Source: Paraspadella gotoi (taxonomy: Eukaryota; Animalia; Chaetognatha). Taken from it: a stretch of DNA of 64,000 bases. The translations under genes were made by a program, and so were the position numbers. This document shows, in pieces, positions 1 to 12,724 of the stretch (the stretch's first letter is position 1; each line of letters opens with the position of its first letter). The stretch spans positions 23,293,497-23,357,496 of the forward strand of contig CM119269.1 in NCBI GenBank assembly GCA_051294375.1, given 5' to 3'. A model generated the notes under the pieces. That model did no database searches. It was not told the origin of the DNA and worked only from the letters and a program-made list of their open reading frames with translations.

Positions 1-2502
1 CAGTTTGGATCGAACCTGCAATGTCATTCTATGTCATTCAATCATCAATGTTGTAATTATTCTATCAAAATATCACAAAATCATCAATGACTCAATTAAA
101 CTACTAAAAGATATAGAAAGGCATTGTCAAAGCGAAAATATGCCCAATAACAAAACAGAACATAAATCAATGGGACTTGAAATAATTTTCTAATATATGC
201 AAATGAGATTGAGGAATTCAATCTCATTTAGTAATATTCTAAGAATCTGTCTTTTACAATTTATCAAATTAAAAAACAAAATTTAAATTATCCTTTTTTC
301 AACTCCATTGTCTAAATAAAAAAAATGGCACCTGTGCTGACTCTCGGGCGCGGTGTACCTCGTCGTCTTTGAAGGTGGCGCTCACAGCGTCCTCTTGTTG
401 TCGCTTTTTTAAAACCTAAAAACAAAATGACAAAGTAAAAAAAAAAGTCTGAAAGAGCCAATTCCCCCAACTAATTCTACAGCTTCATTTTTACATCATT
501 CTAGCCACATTCTCTCTACATTCTCACCTCTGAGCAAAGAGCAATGGCCAGTTTCCCAACTCTTTCTGCAGCCTCATTCTCTTTTTCTTCTAGCTGCATT
601 CTCTCTATATTCTCACCTCTGAGCAAAGAGCAATGGCCAGTTCTCCCAACTCTTTCTGCAGCCTCATTCTCTTTTATTCTAGCTGCATTCTCTCTATATT
701 CTCACCTCTGAGCAAAGAGCAATGGCCAGTTCTCCCAACTCTTTCTGCAGCCTCATTCTCTTTTTATTCTAGCTGCATTCTCTCTACATTCTCACCTCTG
801 AGCAAAGAGCAATGGCCAGTTCTCCCAACTCTTTCTGCAGCCTCATTCTCTTTTATTCTAGCTTCATTTCTCTTACATTCTCACCTCTGAGCAAAGAGCA
901 ATGGCACGTTCTCCCAACTCTTTCTGCAGCCTCATTCTCTTTTTATTCTAGCTGCATTCTCTCTACATTCTCACCTCTGAGCAAAGAGCAATGGCCAGTT
1001 CTCCCAACTCTTTCTGCAGCCTCATTCTCTTTTTATTCTAGCTGCATTCTCTCATACATCTCACCTCTGAGCAAAGAGCAATGGCCAGTTCTCCCAACTC
1101 TTTCTGAAGCCTCATTCTCTTTTATTCTAGCTTCATCTCTCTACATTCTCACCTCTGAGCAAAGAGCAATGGGCCAGTTCTCCCAACTCTTTCTGCAGCC
1201 TCATTCTCTCTGTCTCCTTCTTCCTCAGTTTTGCTTCAAAATCTTCAACGAGTCTTTCGACTTCGATTCTTTTCATTTGCATCTCTTCTTCTTTTCCTCT
1301 GTAGCGACGACTTAAGTCCGTCTCATTGAGAAGAGCTTTTCTGGTGGAGGGAGAGGAAGAGGGAGGAGGAACAGGGCGGAGGGATGAGGAGGGAGGGGGA
1401 AGAGGGAGGGGGAAGAGTGAGGAAGAGTTAGGAGGAGGGAGGGGGAAGAGGGAGGAGGAAGAGGGAGGGAGAAGAGGGAGGAAGGGGGAAGGAAAATTAA
1501 AGCAAAGTAATACAAAGGTGGGAGGAAGGAAATAAAGAAAAGTGAAAGAAAATATAAATAACAAATGAACAAAGGTTGATATGTTAAAGTTAACAGAATT
1601 AGAGAGAGAGTAAATATATTTATATATATATATATAAATATAAATATAAAAATATATTTATATATATATATATATATATATTCAGAATCACATTAAATTT
1701 TTGTATTAAAGTTTTAGTTTGCAGTTGGGGGTTAGGGTTTAAGGTTATGGTTTAAGGTGAGGGTTCAGGGTTATAATTTAGGGTTTAGGGTTAGGGTTAA
1801 GGATTGAGTTATAAAGTTAGAAACATTTTAATTTAAATATTAAGCTTAAAATAAAAGGGATACAGGAACAGAAAGTGCGTGCTCTGAAAAAAGAGACAAA
1901 AAAAAATGGAAAACAAAATTTACTATCTTTTGTATCGATAAAATTTTTTTATCAGTTTTATTACTACAATAAAAAAGGGAAAATATATCGATTTCCTGAA
2001 AAAAAAACGAGATAATCAATTTGTAATTTTTTTTTATATATTTGTCATGTTTTTTACAATAAAACGTAATAAATTTTCAGAACAAAAAATTTTGCACGAG
2101 CTTTCATTTTTACACGTTAGCAACCGTTACACGTTAATTAAACTCCTACACGAACAAACAAACAAACAAAAACAAATTCCAACCCGAAAACATTAAAACA
2201 ACTTTTTCCCCATTTTTCGATTTTATGTTTTTCGTGTGGAAAAAGTCGCAGCTGCGTCGACGACGACGACAGAGACGACGACGACGACGACGAAGACAAC
2301 GACGACGATGAGGACGAAGATGACGACGACGACGACGACGACGACATCACGAATGTTTAAATTTATTTCCTTAAAAATTTAGAGATGTCACCTTCATATG
2401 AGGTGAAGAGAGATTTTCACACGAATTCCAACTTTCACTCGCAACTTTTTTCTTAGATAAATTTGACTTTTATATAGTCTCTCTCTCTCTCTACTCTTTT
2501 CT

Positions 2503-2565
<63 letters not shown>

Positions 2566-5500
2566 ACCTCCAAGTCGGTCCTTAGCCACCTGCGTGACCG
2601 CCCTCTTGTGGTCGCCATTGTTTTGACTCAAACTCCGTCTCTCGTGATTCGCCTTTTGTCTCGCTCCCTCGATCGCTTCTTCCGTCGATCGCAACTCCCT
2701 CTCTCTCTCGCTATTTCGCTTTTCCGAGGATGACTCCATCTCTCTCAGAACTCGATGGAGAGCGCGTTGTCGACGGCGGGCTTCGTCTTCTAAGCGAGCG
2801 AGAGAGCGTTCCTCCTTTGGAGGAGAGGGAGAGAGGGAGGGGAAGAGAGAGAGGGAGGGGAAGAGAGGGAGAGAGGGGGAAAGAGAGGGAGGGAGAGATG
2901 GAGGAGAGTGAGAAGGAGAAGGCGAGGGAAGGAGGGGGAAGGGAGCAGATGGAGAAGGAAGGGAGCAGAGGGAGGGAAAGAGGGAAAAGAAGAAGGAAGA
3001 GGGAGGAAAAAGAAAAAGAGGAAGAGATAGAAAATAAAAAAAAATAAAATTCATTGTTTTTGTCTTTTTTTATTTGTGATTTTTTTTACTTTTTCGTCTT
3101 TTATTGGACGAATTTTAAATTCGGAGATAAAATTTGTTAAAAAAGGTTTTAAAAGTTAAAAGGAAAAGAGTAAAAAGATAAGAATTGAAAAGATGATTTT
3201 AAAAATGAATTAAAAAAAAGGTTTTTTTATTTTATTGTCTAAAAAAGGGATTTCAATAAAAAAGGAATGAAGACAGAGGAAATTGCACAAAGAAAAATAT
3301 AAAAAAAATTATTCATTTTTATTCTTTTCTTTTTATCTTATTTGTTTATTTATAATAATATTTATTCTTTTGCATCATTTTTTTCTTTCCTTCTTTCTTT
3401 CTCTTTTTTCTTTTTATTTCTTTTCTTTTTTTCTTTTCCTTTTTTCTTTTCTTTTCTACTTTCTCTTTACTTTTTTCCCTTTTCCTTTCAGATTCTTCCC
3501 TCCATTCATCTTCTTTTTGTAATAAACGTCCAAATCTACCTTTGCCTCCTCCTCCTCTTCTTCCTCCTCCTCTTCTTCCTCCTCCTCTTCCTCCTCCTCC
3601 TCCTGAACAAATGAGCAAGGCTAAAAGGTTCACTGACCATCGATAGAAGTCGGGCAACGGGCAAGTCTAATACATACATACAACTTAACATACAAATAAA
3701 ATTATAGTTTTATAATTTAACTAGTTTTTAAAAATATAATAATAATAATAATAATAATAATATAATAAATAAGACCCCGTTTCCTCAAATGTCTTTCCCC
3801 CCCACATTTTTTTCTCGAATGTTTTCCAAACAACTTCTTTATTCTACAGAAATGTTTTTCCTGTCGCATTAATAAAAAAAGATCTGCCCTCTGGCGGTCG
3901 AAAGACTCAACATCTCTTCATTTCTAAAAGATGGCGACAATTTTTTTTCGCTTCCGGGAAAGAGAGAAAAAAAAGAGAAAAAAAATTCCGACAAGATTGC
4001 GGAGTTTTTGTTTCCATGGGAACGGAGACGCAGTTTCTGAAGTAATAATAAAATGCGATATAAAAAGCGGCTTTACTCTGTAAGCCAATGGGGAAGGCTG
4101 AAGTGAATTGAGGCATAATAAAAAAAAAGATAAACGACGACGACGACGACGACGACAACGGCCATATATGCAAGAGCGACGATAAAGACGATAAAGACGA
4201 CGATAACAACGACGACGACGACGACGACGACGACGACAACGGCCATATATGCAAGAAGGACGATGTTCGCCATAGAATATAAACGGGAAAGAAAAGAGAA
4301 AAAGGAAAGAACATTTTGAAGATTTGCGCCAAATAGACTTTATTCTTCTAATTCGGATTTTCAGATTGATAATTTTATGATATTTAATTATGAAAATTAT
4401 ATATAAGTCAATTAAAGGATCCAATATTGCAGGAATTAAAAATTATTCATTTTTTATGAATATATCTGCGTTTATAAATAATCATGTTTAAATGAGGATA
4501 AACTATAATAACTCTTATGGTATATTACATTTTTTTCCAAACTATAAATATTTTTATTTAATAATATATAAAGATTATATAGAGTAGACAGTAATAATTA
4601 TTATGAGTTAATGACAGAAGCGTTCAATATAAGCAGTCCCTGAGCTTCGGATCAGGCTGTAACACCGTGTTACAGGCGGGTTAAGCTACCTGACCGTCTG
4701 AACAGCTAGGGCGACCATCGGGCGAGAACCTCGGACCTTTTAGGGTGGGATGCGAATGACTTGTTTCCTGTACCAATAGCCGCTGATGAGAGGTTGGTGG
4801 ATTTTAGTCCACCATAATATATTTAAAATAAAAGACTAACAAGAACGGTGATTCCAATGTGTTGCGCCGCAGTAACTTTTTTTACGCGTATTTCCCTTTG
4901 ATCGCATGATAATGATATGATATGACATGACATGACAGGACATGACTAAAAACATTTTAGCTATGTATTTATGACATACACTGCATCAAAATTCAGTTTT
5001 TTTTTCCTTAGTGTTTGGGTTAGTTAGAGCATTCCTTGAAATTTCATTGATTAAATAATCAAGACCTTGGATTAAGTAGACATCTTTTTATTTGAGTACC
5101 TTTATTGACAGTGAGGCAGTTGGATATAAAAACTTTGGTAGCAAATGGTCAGCTTAAAGCTAAATGGAATAGAAAAATTATTACTTTATTTAATTAAAAA
5201 TTACAAAATAATCAAACAGTGTTTTTACCTCTTATGGTCCTTGGAACGCCCCAGAATACTACAAAAAATGTCCCTTTTTATATTAGTAGTGAACCAATCA
5301 GAAACTAGAGGTAACTATCAAATTTAAAATTAACTAATCAGGGACTAGGATTGATATGCTATAGCATCAATCTTTGTGCACTAGGACTAATTTTTATAGC
5401 TAATTATTTCTTATAACCATTAAGATAGTTGTTGCTAAGTTAGTAGAAGCAGAGCAGCATGACGCGTTGCTATGGGGGAATTTTTAGTAACCAAAATAGG

Positions 5501-6192
5501 ACAATCATCAACTCTGATTGAGAGGCAAAATGAATGTTATTTAAAAATCATTTCTACACTTAGTTTTGAGGTCTTATCCTCTCTTAACTAATGAGCAACC
5601 AACTATAGGCGAATTATATACATTTTTAACGTAAGTGGGACAGACCGATGGACAAACATACTGACCGACAGCCCGACAGACCGGCGCAACTAAAAAGACG
5701 AATATACCCTAAAAGTGCCTTTTCGAGTCGCTCCACTATTACTCGCGACACAAAAAAAAAAAATCTCAAAAGCATAAGGAATCGAGCCTACTTTTGATGA
5801 TAACCAAGAGAGAAGATCCAATACAAAATCCCAATTTACATCTGAGATTTTCGTGGATTTTTGGAGAAATGTGAAGAATAACTAACTTCACCTGGATTTT
5901 CGTGGCGTTGCGGGGCAACGAGTAAACAATGTCGAGGAACATGACCTAATAACGCGTTACGTGTATAAAAAAAATCAACTTGACCGAGATCACGCCGATA
6001 TAAACAAGATGACCTAATATTGCGTATGCGTTGGCGGGAAAACTTTCTCTCTCTCTCTCCTCTCTCTCTTCTCTCTTTCTCTCTCTCTTTTCTCTCTTCT
6101 CTCTCTCTCTCTCTCTCTCTCACTCTCTCTCTCTTTTTTTTTTTACAAAAAAAAATTTATTCACTTGTAAACGAGTAAACACGTGTTCGCGG

Positions 6193-6228
<36 letters not shown>

Positions 6229-7780
6229 TTCTCTCTATCTGTCTCTCCTTCTCTCTTTCTCTCTTTCTATCTCTTTTTTTTTGTACAAAAATAATTTTTA
6301 GTCACCTTTTTTTACCTCCGTCACTGCGCGACGAGTAACGAGTTCCGGCTCTCTCTATCTCTCTCTCTCTCTCTCTTTTTTTTTTACAAAAAAAATTTTT
6401 AGTCACTTTTTTTCTCACTCTCTCTCTCTCTCTCTCTCTCTTCTCTGTCTCTTCTCTATGTACGACCGTTCGTTTTTTGAAAAATTCTTATTATTTTTTT
6501 CCTTATAAAACTTTTATTATCGCCATTTATTTTTTTTCTCTATACAAAATCCCAAATTTACATCCGAGATTTTCATGGATTCCTTTTAGAAAAAAGGAAA
6601 AATAACTTATAATGCAGGCAATGTCACATGTACATCAGCTTGCTGCTGTACATATAGCTGTTATATGTCCGGCAATTGCGCGGATTAATTTAATTACATA
6701 TATAACTTTCTAACAAAAAAATTTTTTTTGTTTTTGTTTATTACTGGAACTTTGGACCGGTCGGCCCACTATTGGCAAATTATATCTAAAATAGGAGTTG
6801 AGAAGAGAGATTATTGTCAAATTAAACATTACTTTTTTTGTTATTCTAATAATTTTTACAATTTTAAAATTGTAAATTTTTTTTAGTGTATATATTTAAT
6901 CATTTTTATTCTTTTTTAAATAATAATTATTTTGAGTTGGGATAAATATTTATAAATTAGTTAAATATGCAATATGAAATTTGACCTCGGTCTGGTTTCT
7001 TCTTAAAAAAAAGAACAATCTAAAATTTCATTCAAAGGAAAGGAAAAGAGTTCGTCCCTACTCAGATACGTCGAAAAACGAGTTCAGCTCTGCAGGTAGA
7101 AATCTACTATGAAATTAAATTCAATAGGGGCGGGGGTTCAAAACTTTAGTCTTGAAGTCTACTTTTAGGTAAAAAAAGAATTTTTTAAAAAAGTTCGATT
7201 TTAATGCTTTTATTGTTGCTATTAAAATTACAATATTACTATATAATGATAAAAATTTTTTTTAATCAATCTTAACTTTTTTTATGGATTCTGATAGAGC
7301 ATAAAAAGTTAAATAAAAAATTTAACTACAACTTTCGAAAATATTTATGTTTTCTTGGTCAAAAATTAAAAAAAATAAATAAAATTATCGAAAAATGATG
7401 ATGATGATGATTATAAATAGTTTTTCATATTTTTTCACATACTTATGATCAAAATATCGAAAAAAAATTATACTTTGTGTAGACAACTTTTTGCAAGCTA
7501 CCTGAATCTGATCTTAAAAAATCCAAAAATCCCAAAAAATTTTTAGCCTTTCCTATTTATAAATAAATATTAAAAATTAATATATGGAGTATGGAGTAAA
7601 ATAAAAAAATTTTGTCTATTCAAATTTTTTTTAAAATGTCTAAATTTTCGTTTGAGTAGGTGCTTAATTCAATTTCTTAACCACCTTATTGAGTTAGTCT
7701 CCCCCTACTGCAGGGCGGTCCAGCTTCTGATTATACTTTATATAAACGAGAGTGAAAACTGACCAGCCTCTCTCACTCTT

Positions 7781-7829
<49 letters not shown>

Positions 7830-9359
7830 ATTCATACACGCATTTGTTTGTTTTATTTACGATGAATGACTCATCGCGTCAATGAATGACTATCATCGCA
7901 TCAATGAATGATTATCATCATATCAATGAATGGTTATCATCACATCAATGAATGACTATCATCGCAATCAATCATTTGATTATCATCACATCAGTTATTT
8001 TATTATCATCGCATCAATTATTGGTTATCATCGCATCAATATTTGGTTATCATCGCATCAATATTTGCTTACTCNNNNNNNNNNNNNNNNNNNNNNNNNG
8101 CCCAATAGACGGCTCCTGATGTTTTCGTCTGGGGATTTTGTCTTTCGTTTCACCATTTGCTCACGTAGGGAGCCGCGGGCCGTCACTGAGGTGGAGATCC
8201 CCTGCTTTGCTAGCGGCCTGTGCAGGGGCGGGCAACCAACCCTGTGCAGCAGCAGCTTTATTTAAAAAAAAACGGTAAGTCACAGCCAAACCTATAAAAG
8301 CGTAGTAGTTTTTATATATGAAAACAGCGTGACCACGACGACGACGACGACGACGTCACAAAGAAGCAACCCTAAAACATTATAGAGCCTGACCCGGCTT
8401 CGCCGGTCAAGGCTCGATAATAAATAAAAAAACAAAAATGTTTCCCAGAGAAAAAAAATGGCGACAATTCGCATTAAAGAGGATTTTCCTTTGGATGGAT
8501 GGATGGATGGATGGATGGATGGATGGATGGATGGATGGATGGATGGATGGATGGATGAATGGATGGATGGATGGATGGAATGGATGGAATGGATGGATGG
8601 ATGGATGGATGGATAGAGGCAGGAAAAACGAGAAATGGGGGTTGCAATTCTATCAGCGGAAATCTTGATGCCAAAAAAAAATACCGCCTTATTTTCCCTG
8701 AACGCCTCATTTTATCTTGAACTTAATACAGCTACAGCACCGTTTCTTGCCCTACCTCGGAATTACACCATCTAAACTCACCGGAGACTCTAACCAACTC
8801 GAAACTGAAGAACTTATTAAACCCATCCAATGCTGCAGAACTCCTTAAACTCACCCAATACTGAAAAACTTCTTAAACCCAACCTGATGCTGCAGCACGA
8901 GATGATTTTCGATCAGCCGCAACTTTCTCTTCTTCTCGGCTTCCCACTCTTTCGTCCTTTGTCCGAGTTCAGCTACGGAGTTAGCGGCAGCGTCAACCAC
9001 GGCCTGAGAGGAGAGGAATCAATCAATCAATCAATTTAACCAATCAATTAATAAATTAATCCATAAATCAATTAATCAATGAATTAATCCATAACTCAAT
9101 CAATCAATCAAGAAACAAATGATTTAATCAATCAATCAAGCAATTAATCGATCAATAAATCAATCAATTATATCAATAAATCAGAATATCCAATCAATCA
9201 ATCAATCAATCAGTCAATCCACCTGTAGCGAATCCGTTGCCCTCTGGGGAGACGATGATGATGACCGGGGTCTGCCCTTCGCCCCAGGGGTCGGGCTGCC
9301 CGGCTGGCCCTTGGACCCGGGAGTAGGGCTGCCGGGGACAGATTTCGACCTGTGGGGAG

Positions 9360-9417
<58 letters not shown>

Positions 9418-9543
9418 CAAGGGGCTATTGACCATCATAACTTTGTTGTTGCCATCGAAGGTCGAAATCTCAGTGAGTCGAAAAAATTGCGAAGGCGTCA
9501 GACGCGGAAGGGAAAAAGAGTCAGGCACAAAAGGGAAGACGAA

Positions 9544-9627
<84 letters not shown>

Positions 9628-10514
9628 TCGTCTTATCCCATTTCCGTACATAAGTCGCCCCCATGAAACCATTTGCACTCAAGTTTCTTTCGATGGTCAG
9701 AATATTTATATAAATTAGCTAGTACAAATTGTGCCCCTCTATAGTGTTAATTTTTTGGTAGCTTATTTTTTTTTAAATTAAACTATTAATTACTAGCAAC
9801 TCTTAAAAAACTAAAAGAAATTGTGTTTTATTGGACTAAATGATGTGAAATAATTAGGGAAATCAACTATAGCTGGTCTCATCTTCATGATCGAAAAAAA
9901 AGCTTTATTTTAGATACCTGACTTAACTAAACTCATATATTTAAATATCGATATTTAACAATTAACAACGTGCTTAGTCTATTACAGCATGAAAAACCAT
10001 TGTGCTCGATGATAAAATATGGAAAAAGTCAAAAAAGGTCACTGTGGGCAAAGAGGAAAATGGAAGGATTTAAAAAATGAAGAAAAAATGGAGAAAAAGG
10101 GCAAAAAATGGATAAATGATGAGAAAAATGGATTAAAGGTTAAATAAGGAGGTGAAGGAATCTTAGGTTGGTGGAGAATAAGGGAGGAAGGTGGAGGAAG
10201 AGGAGGGAAGAGGAGGAGGAAGAGGAGGGGAAAGAAAGAGGGGGAAGAGAAGGAGGAAGAAAAGGGGGAGAGGAAGAGGAGGGGAGGGGGAAGAGGAGGG
10301 GAAAGAGGAGAAGAAAAGGAGGGGGAAGAGGAGGGGAGAGAGGAGGGCAAAGAGGAAGGGGAAGAGAAGGGAAAGAGGAGGGAAAGGAAGAGAATAGGAG
10401 GGGAAAGAGAAGGAGGAAGGAGGAAGAAAATGAGCGAAATATATTGAGTCTCATTTTGTCTTCATAATGAGATTTTGGAAAAATATGAATCCCTTAACAC
10501 AGAAGATCTTTTAG

Positions 10515-10578
<64 letters not shown>

Positions 10579-10862
10579 CATTGCAGATCATCAATGATGG
10601 ATGGCGTAGAAGACGGCCACAAGGGCACTGCAGGTGAACACGTTGGAACTGCAGGCGAGAGACGCCAGTAGACTCACTCTTTCTCTCTGTCTCTATCTCG
10701 CTCGCTCTCTCTCGCTTTCATTTCCAATTTCAGAGACACCAGTAATCTCTCGTCTTTCTCACTATCTCTGTCTCTATCTCACTCACTCTCTCTCCTCCAC
10801 TTCCGATTTTTTTTCTCCTTTCCTTTCATTGCATCAAAACGTCATTAACTATTTTCGCTTCA

Positions 10863-10920
<58 letters not shown>

Positions 10921-12183
10921 CAAAAACAAGTTCTACCACATTAAATAACAAACCATTTACCAAATTTCCTTTTCCTCTCGTGACATTTTTTGGCAAAAAC
11001 ATCACATATCATATGAAAGAAGCTTTGATCAAACAAGCTTTGATCAAACAAGCTTTGATCAAACAAGCTTTGATCAAACAAGCGGCAATCTTTGGAGATT
11101 CAATAATCTTGAAGGAATCATTACACTTTGTATCCAACCTTCTATCAAACAACGAATGGAAACACTCCCATCCAACTATTTAGCAAGCAGTCCCAGTTCT
11201 AGTTTTAAGCAAGCAGCCTCATTTTCAGATTTAGGCAAGCAATCGCAGTTCTAATTTTAAGCAAGCACTTTAAGCTTTAGACAAGCAGCCTAGTCTTCGC
11301 CTCATGCTAAGCTTCAGCAAACTGCCACAATCTCGCCTTTCGACAAGCAGCCTCATTCCCATAACATCTTAGCAAGCATCCCAGCCCCCCTTTCCCCATA
11401 ACCTCTTTGCAAGCAGCTTGGTCTGCGTGAACCGAGGAGATTCCGCGACTTCTTTCTTGTTGAGGCGAATCAGTTCCTTCACATTTTCGTCGCCTCGAAG
11501 GAAAGAAGCGTAATCGTGAATCGGGCGTATGAGTCCGTCGTTGCCCTTGGCAACGGAGGCGGAGCTTAGCTGTTGTGTGTGGGGAGGGAGAGGGAGAGAA
11601 AGAAAAAAGAGAGGGAGGGAGGGAGAGGGAGAGAGAGAAAGAAGAGAGGGAGGGAGGAATGAGGGAGAGAGAGAAAGAAGAGAGGGAGGGAGAGGGAGAG
11701 AGAGGAAAGAAGAGAGGGAGGGAGGGAGAAGGGAGAGAGAGAAGAGAAAGAGAGGGAGGAAGGAAGGGAGAGGAGGAGAAGGGACAGGGAGGGAAAGAAG
11801 GATTAATAACCTAAACAAAACAAATTAAAAACCTGAAATAAACTATAAAAAAAAATAAATAAAAATAAAAAATAAATAAATAAAAATAAAAAATAAAAAA
11901 AAAATAAAGAAAGAAATAAAACTTAACGAAAGAAAACGACAAATCGAAATTTTCTAAAACGACATAAGAACAGAAAAATAAAATAAAATATTAAAAAAAT
12001 ATACAACAAAAAACAAGAAAGAATAAACTAAAAAAAAAACAACTAAATAACAGAACGACAAAAAGAGTAAACTAAAAAAACAAAACAAGGAAACAAGTTT
12101 TGTTTCTTTTTCTCTCTCACCGGTCTTTGGACGTAACTCCATCTCTCTTCGAGTGTGTGACGTCTGGCGAACTTGACTGGCAT
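1..12183 (-). CDS. Uncharacterised coiled-coil protein, multi-exon, 3' end beyond the left edge
   Basis: GT-AG exons: 12183-12121 ([21 protein letters not shown]), 11569-11403 ([20 protein letters not shown]...), 9349-9223, 9003-8884 ([27 protein letters not shown]...), 2814-2568 ([17 protein letters not shown]...), 1340-1153 ([30 protein letters not shown]...), 415-332, 15-1. Phases chain correctly except for one missing base in 2568-2814 and one extra G near 1172. E/K/R-rich helical composition. Start codon uncertain. Confidence 0.7.
501..1209 (-). repeat. 89-90 bp tandem repeat x8 made of an exon 3' end plus 5' splice site
   Basis: GCAATGG recurs at about 541, 630, 719, 809, 898, 988, 1078, 1166. 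Minus-strand unit = ...GAGTTGGGAGAACTGGCCATTGCTCTTTGCTCAGAG|GTGAGAATGTAGAGAG... Confidence 0.95.
3884..3902 (-). promoter_or_regulatory. CTCF-like motif
   Basis: Minus strand GACCGCCAGAGGGCAGA resembles the CTCF core CCASYAGRKGGCRS. Motif match only. Confidence 0.3.
4582..4818 (-). mobile_element. tRNA-Gly-like interspersed repeat (SINE-like), about 235 bp
   Basis: Same element at 15042-15617, 18691-19295, 36562-36785, 37954-38156 and 42465-42580. Contains a tRNA-like fold and the palindrome TGTAACACCGTGTTACA. Confidence 0.75.
4840..5755 (-). mobile_element. DINE-1/HINE-like non-autonomous element (family 2)
   Basis: Ends are the reverse complement of the ends of 24603-24900 (TTCCAATGTGTTGCGCCGCAG; GTGGGACAGACCGA...; CTCGCGACAC). 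GACA/GACC microsatellite. Confidence 0.55.
7121..7692. mobile_element. MITE-like element with imperfect terminal inverted repeats
   Basis: TCAATAGGGG...CCACCTTATTGA. The interior (GATTCTGATAGAGC...AAAAGTTAAA, TATACTTTGTG.AGACAA) recurs at about 37100-37661. Confidence 0.6.
8790..8895 (-). repeat. Decayed ~29 bp tandem repeat over the 5' splice site at 8883
   Basis: AACTTATTAAACCCATCCAATGCTGCAG / AACTCCTTAAACTCACCCAATACTGAAA / AACTTCTTAAACCCAACCTGATGCTGCAG. The last copy contains the real junction CAG|GTTGGG. Confidence 0.6.
11019..11083. repeat. 15 bp tandem repeat x4
   Basis: (AAGCTTTGATCAAAC)4. Confidence 0.9.
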
Positions 12184-12192
12184 CTTGTGTCA

Positions 12193-12246
<54 letters not shown>

Positions 12247-12688
12247 AGTGAGTCGGGTCAGGTCGTGTCGGATCAGGTCGTGTCGGGTCAGATTAGGTCA
12301 GGTTAGGTCAGATCACATCCGGTCAAATTGAAAGAAAGTTTAAAATTTGAGTCCACATATTTTTAAGTTTATTTTATATTTTTTTTCAACCTGAAACAAA
12401 TAACATTCGAATATACATTCTAAAACTGTCATAAGGTTTATGACAAACAAATTAAAAGAGTATTTGTACGTAAAATGGATAAAGTTGAAAGACTAACCAT
12501 TACAAAACTAACTGATACAAAATTAAGTGAACAATTGACCATTACTCTGACAAAGTGACAAAGTGACCAAGCTTTTGGTAAAGAGAAGATGAGAGAACAA
12601 ATGAAAATAATAAAAAATGAATTGAACTTATTAACATGTATAGATATAATAGCATTGGGTTTCATCCTGAGTGGAATATTAAACTGAA

Positions 12689-12724
<36 letters not shown>

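Noticed and set aside
4775-4815. Hammerhead ribozyme (CTGATGAG)
   Set aside because: No correctly placed GAAA core or stems; other copies read CTGATGAA.
10575-10670. Additional exon of the coiled-coil gene
   Set aside because: The required phase hits a TGA, and the flanking exons (11403 and 9349) already join in phase.
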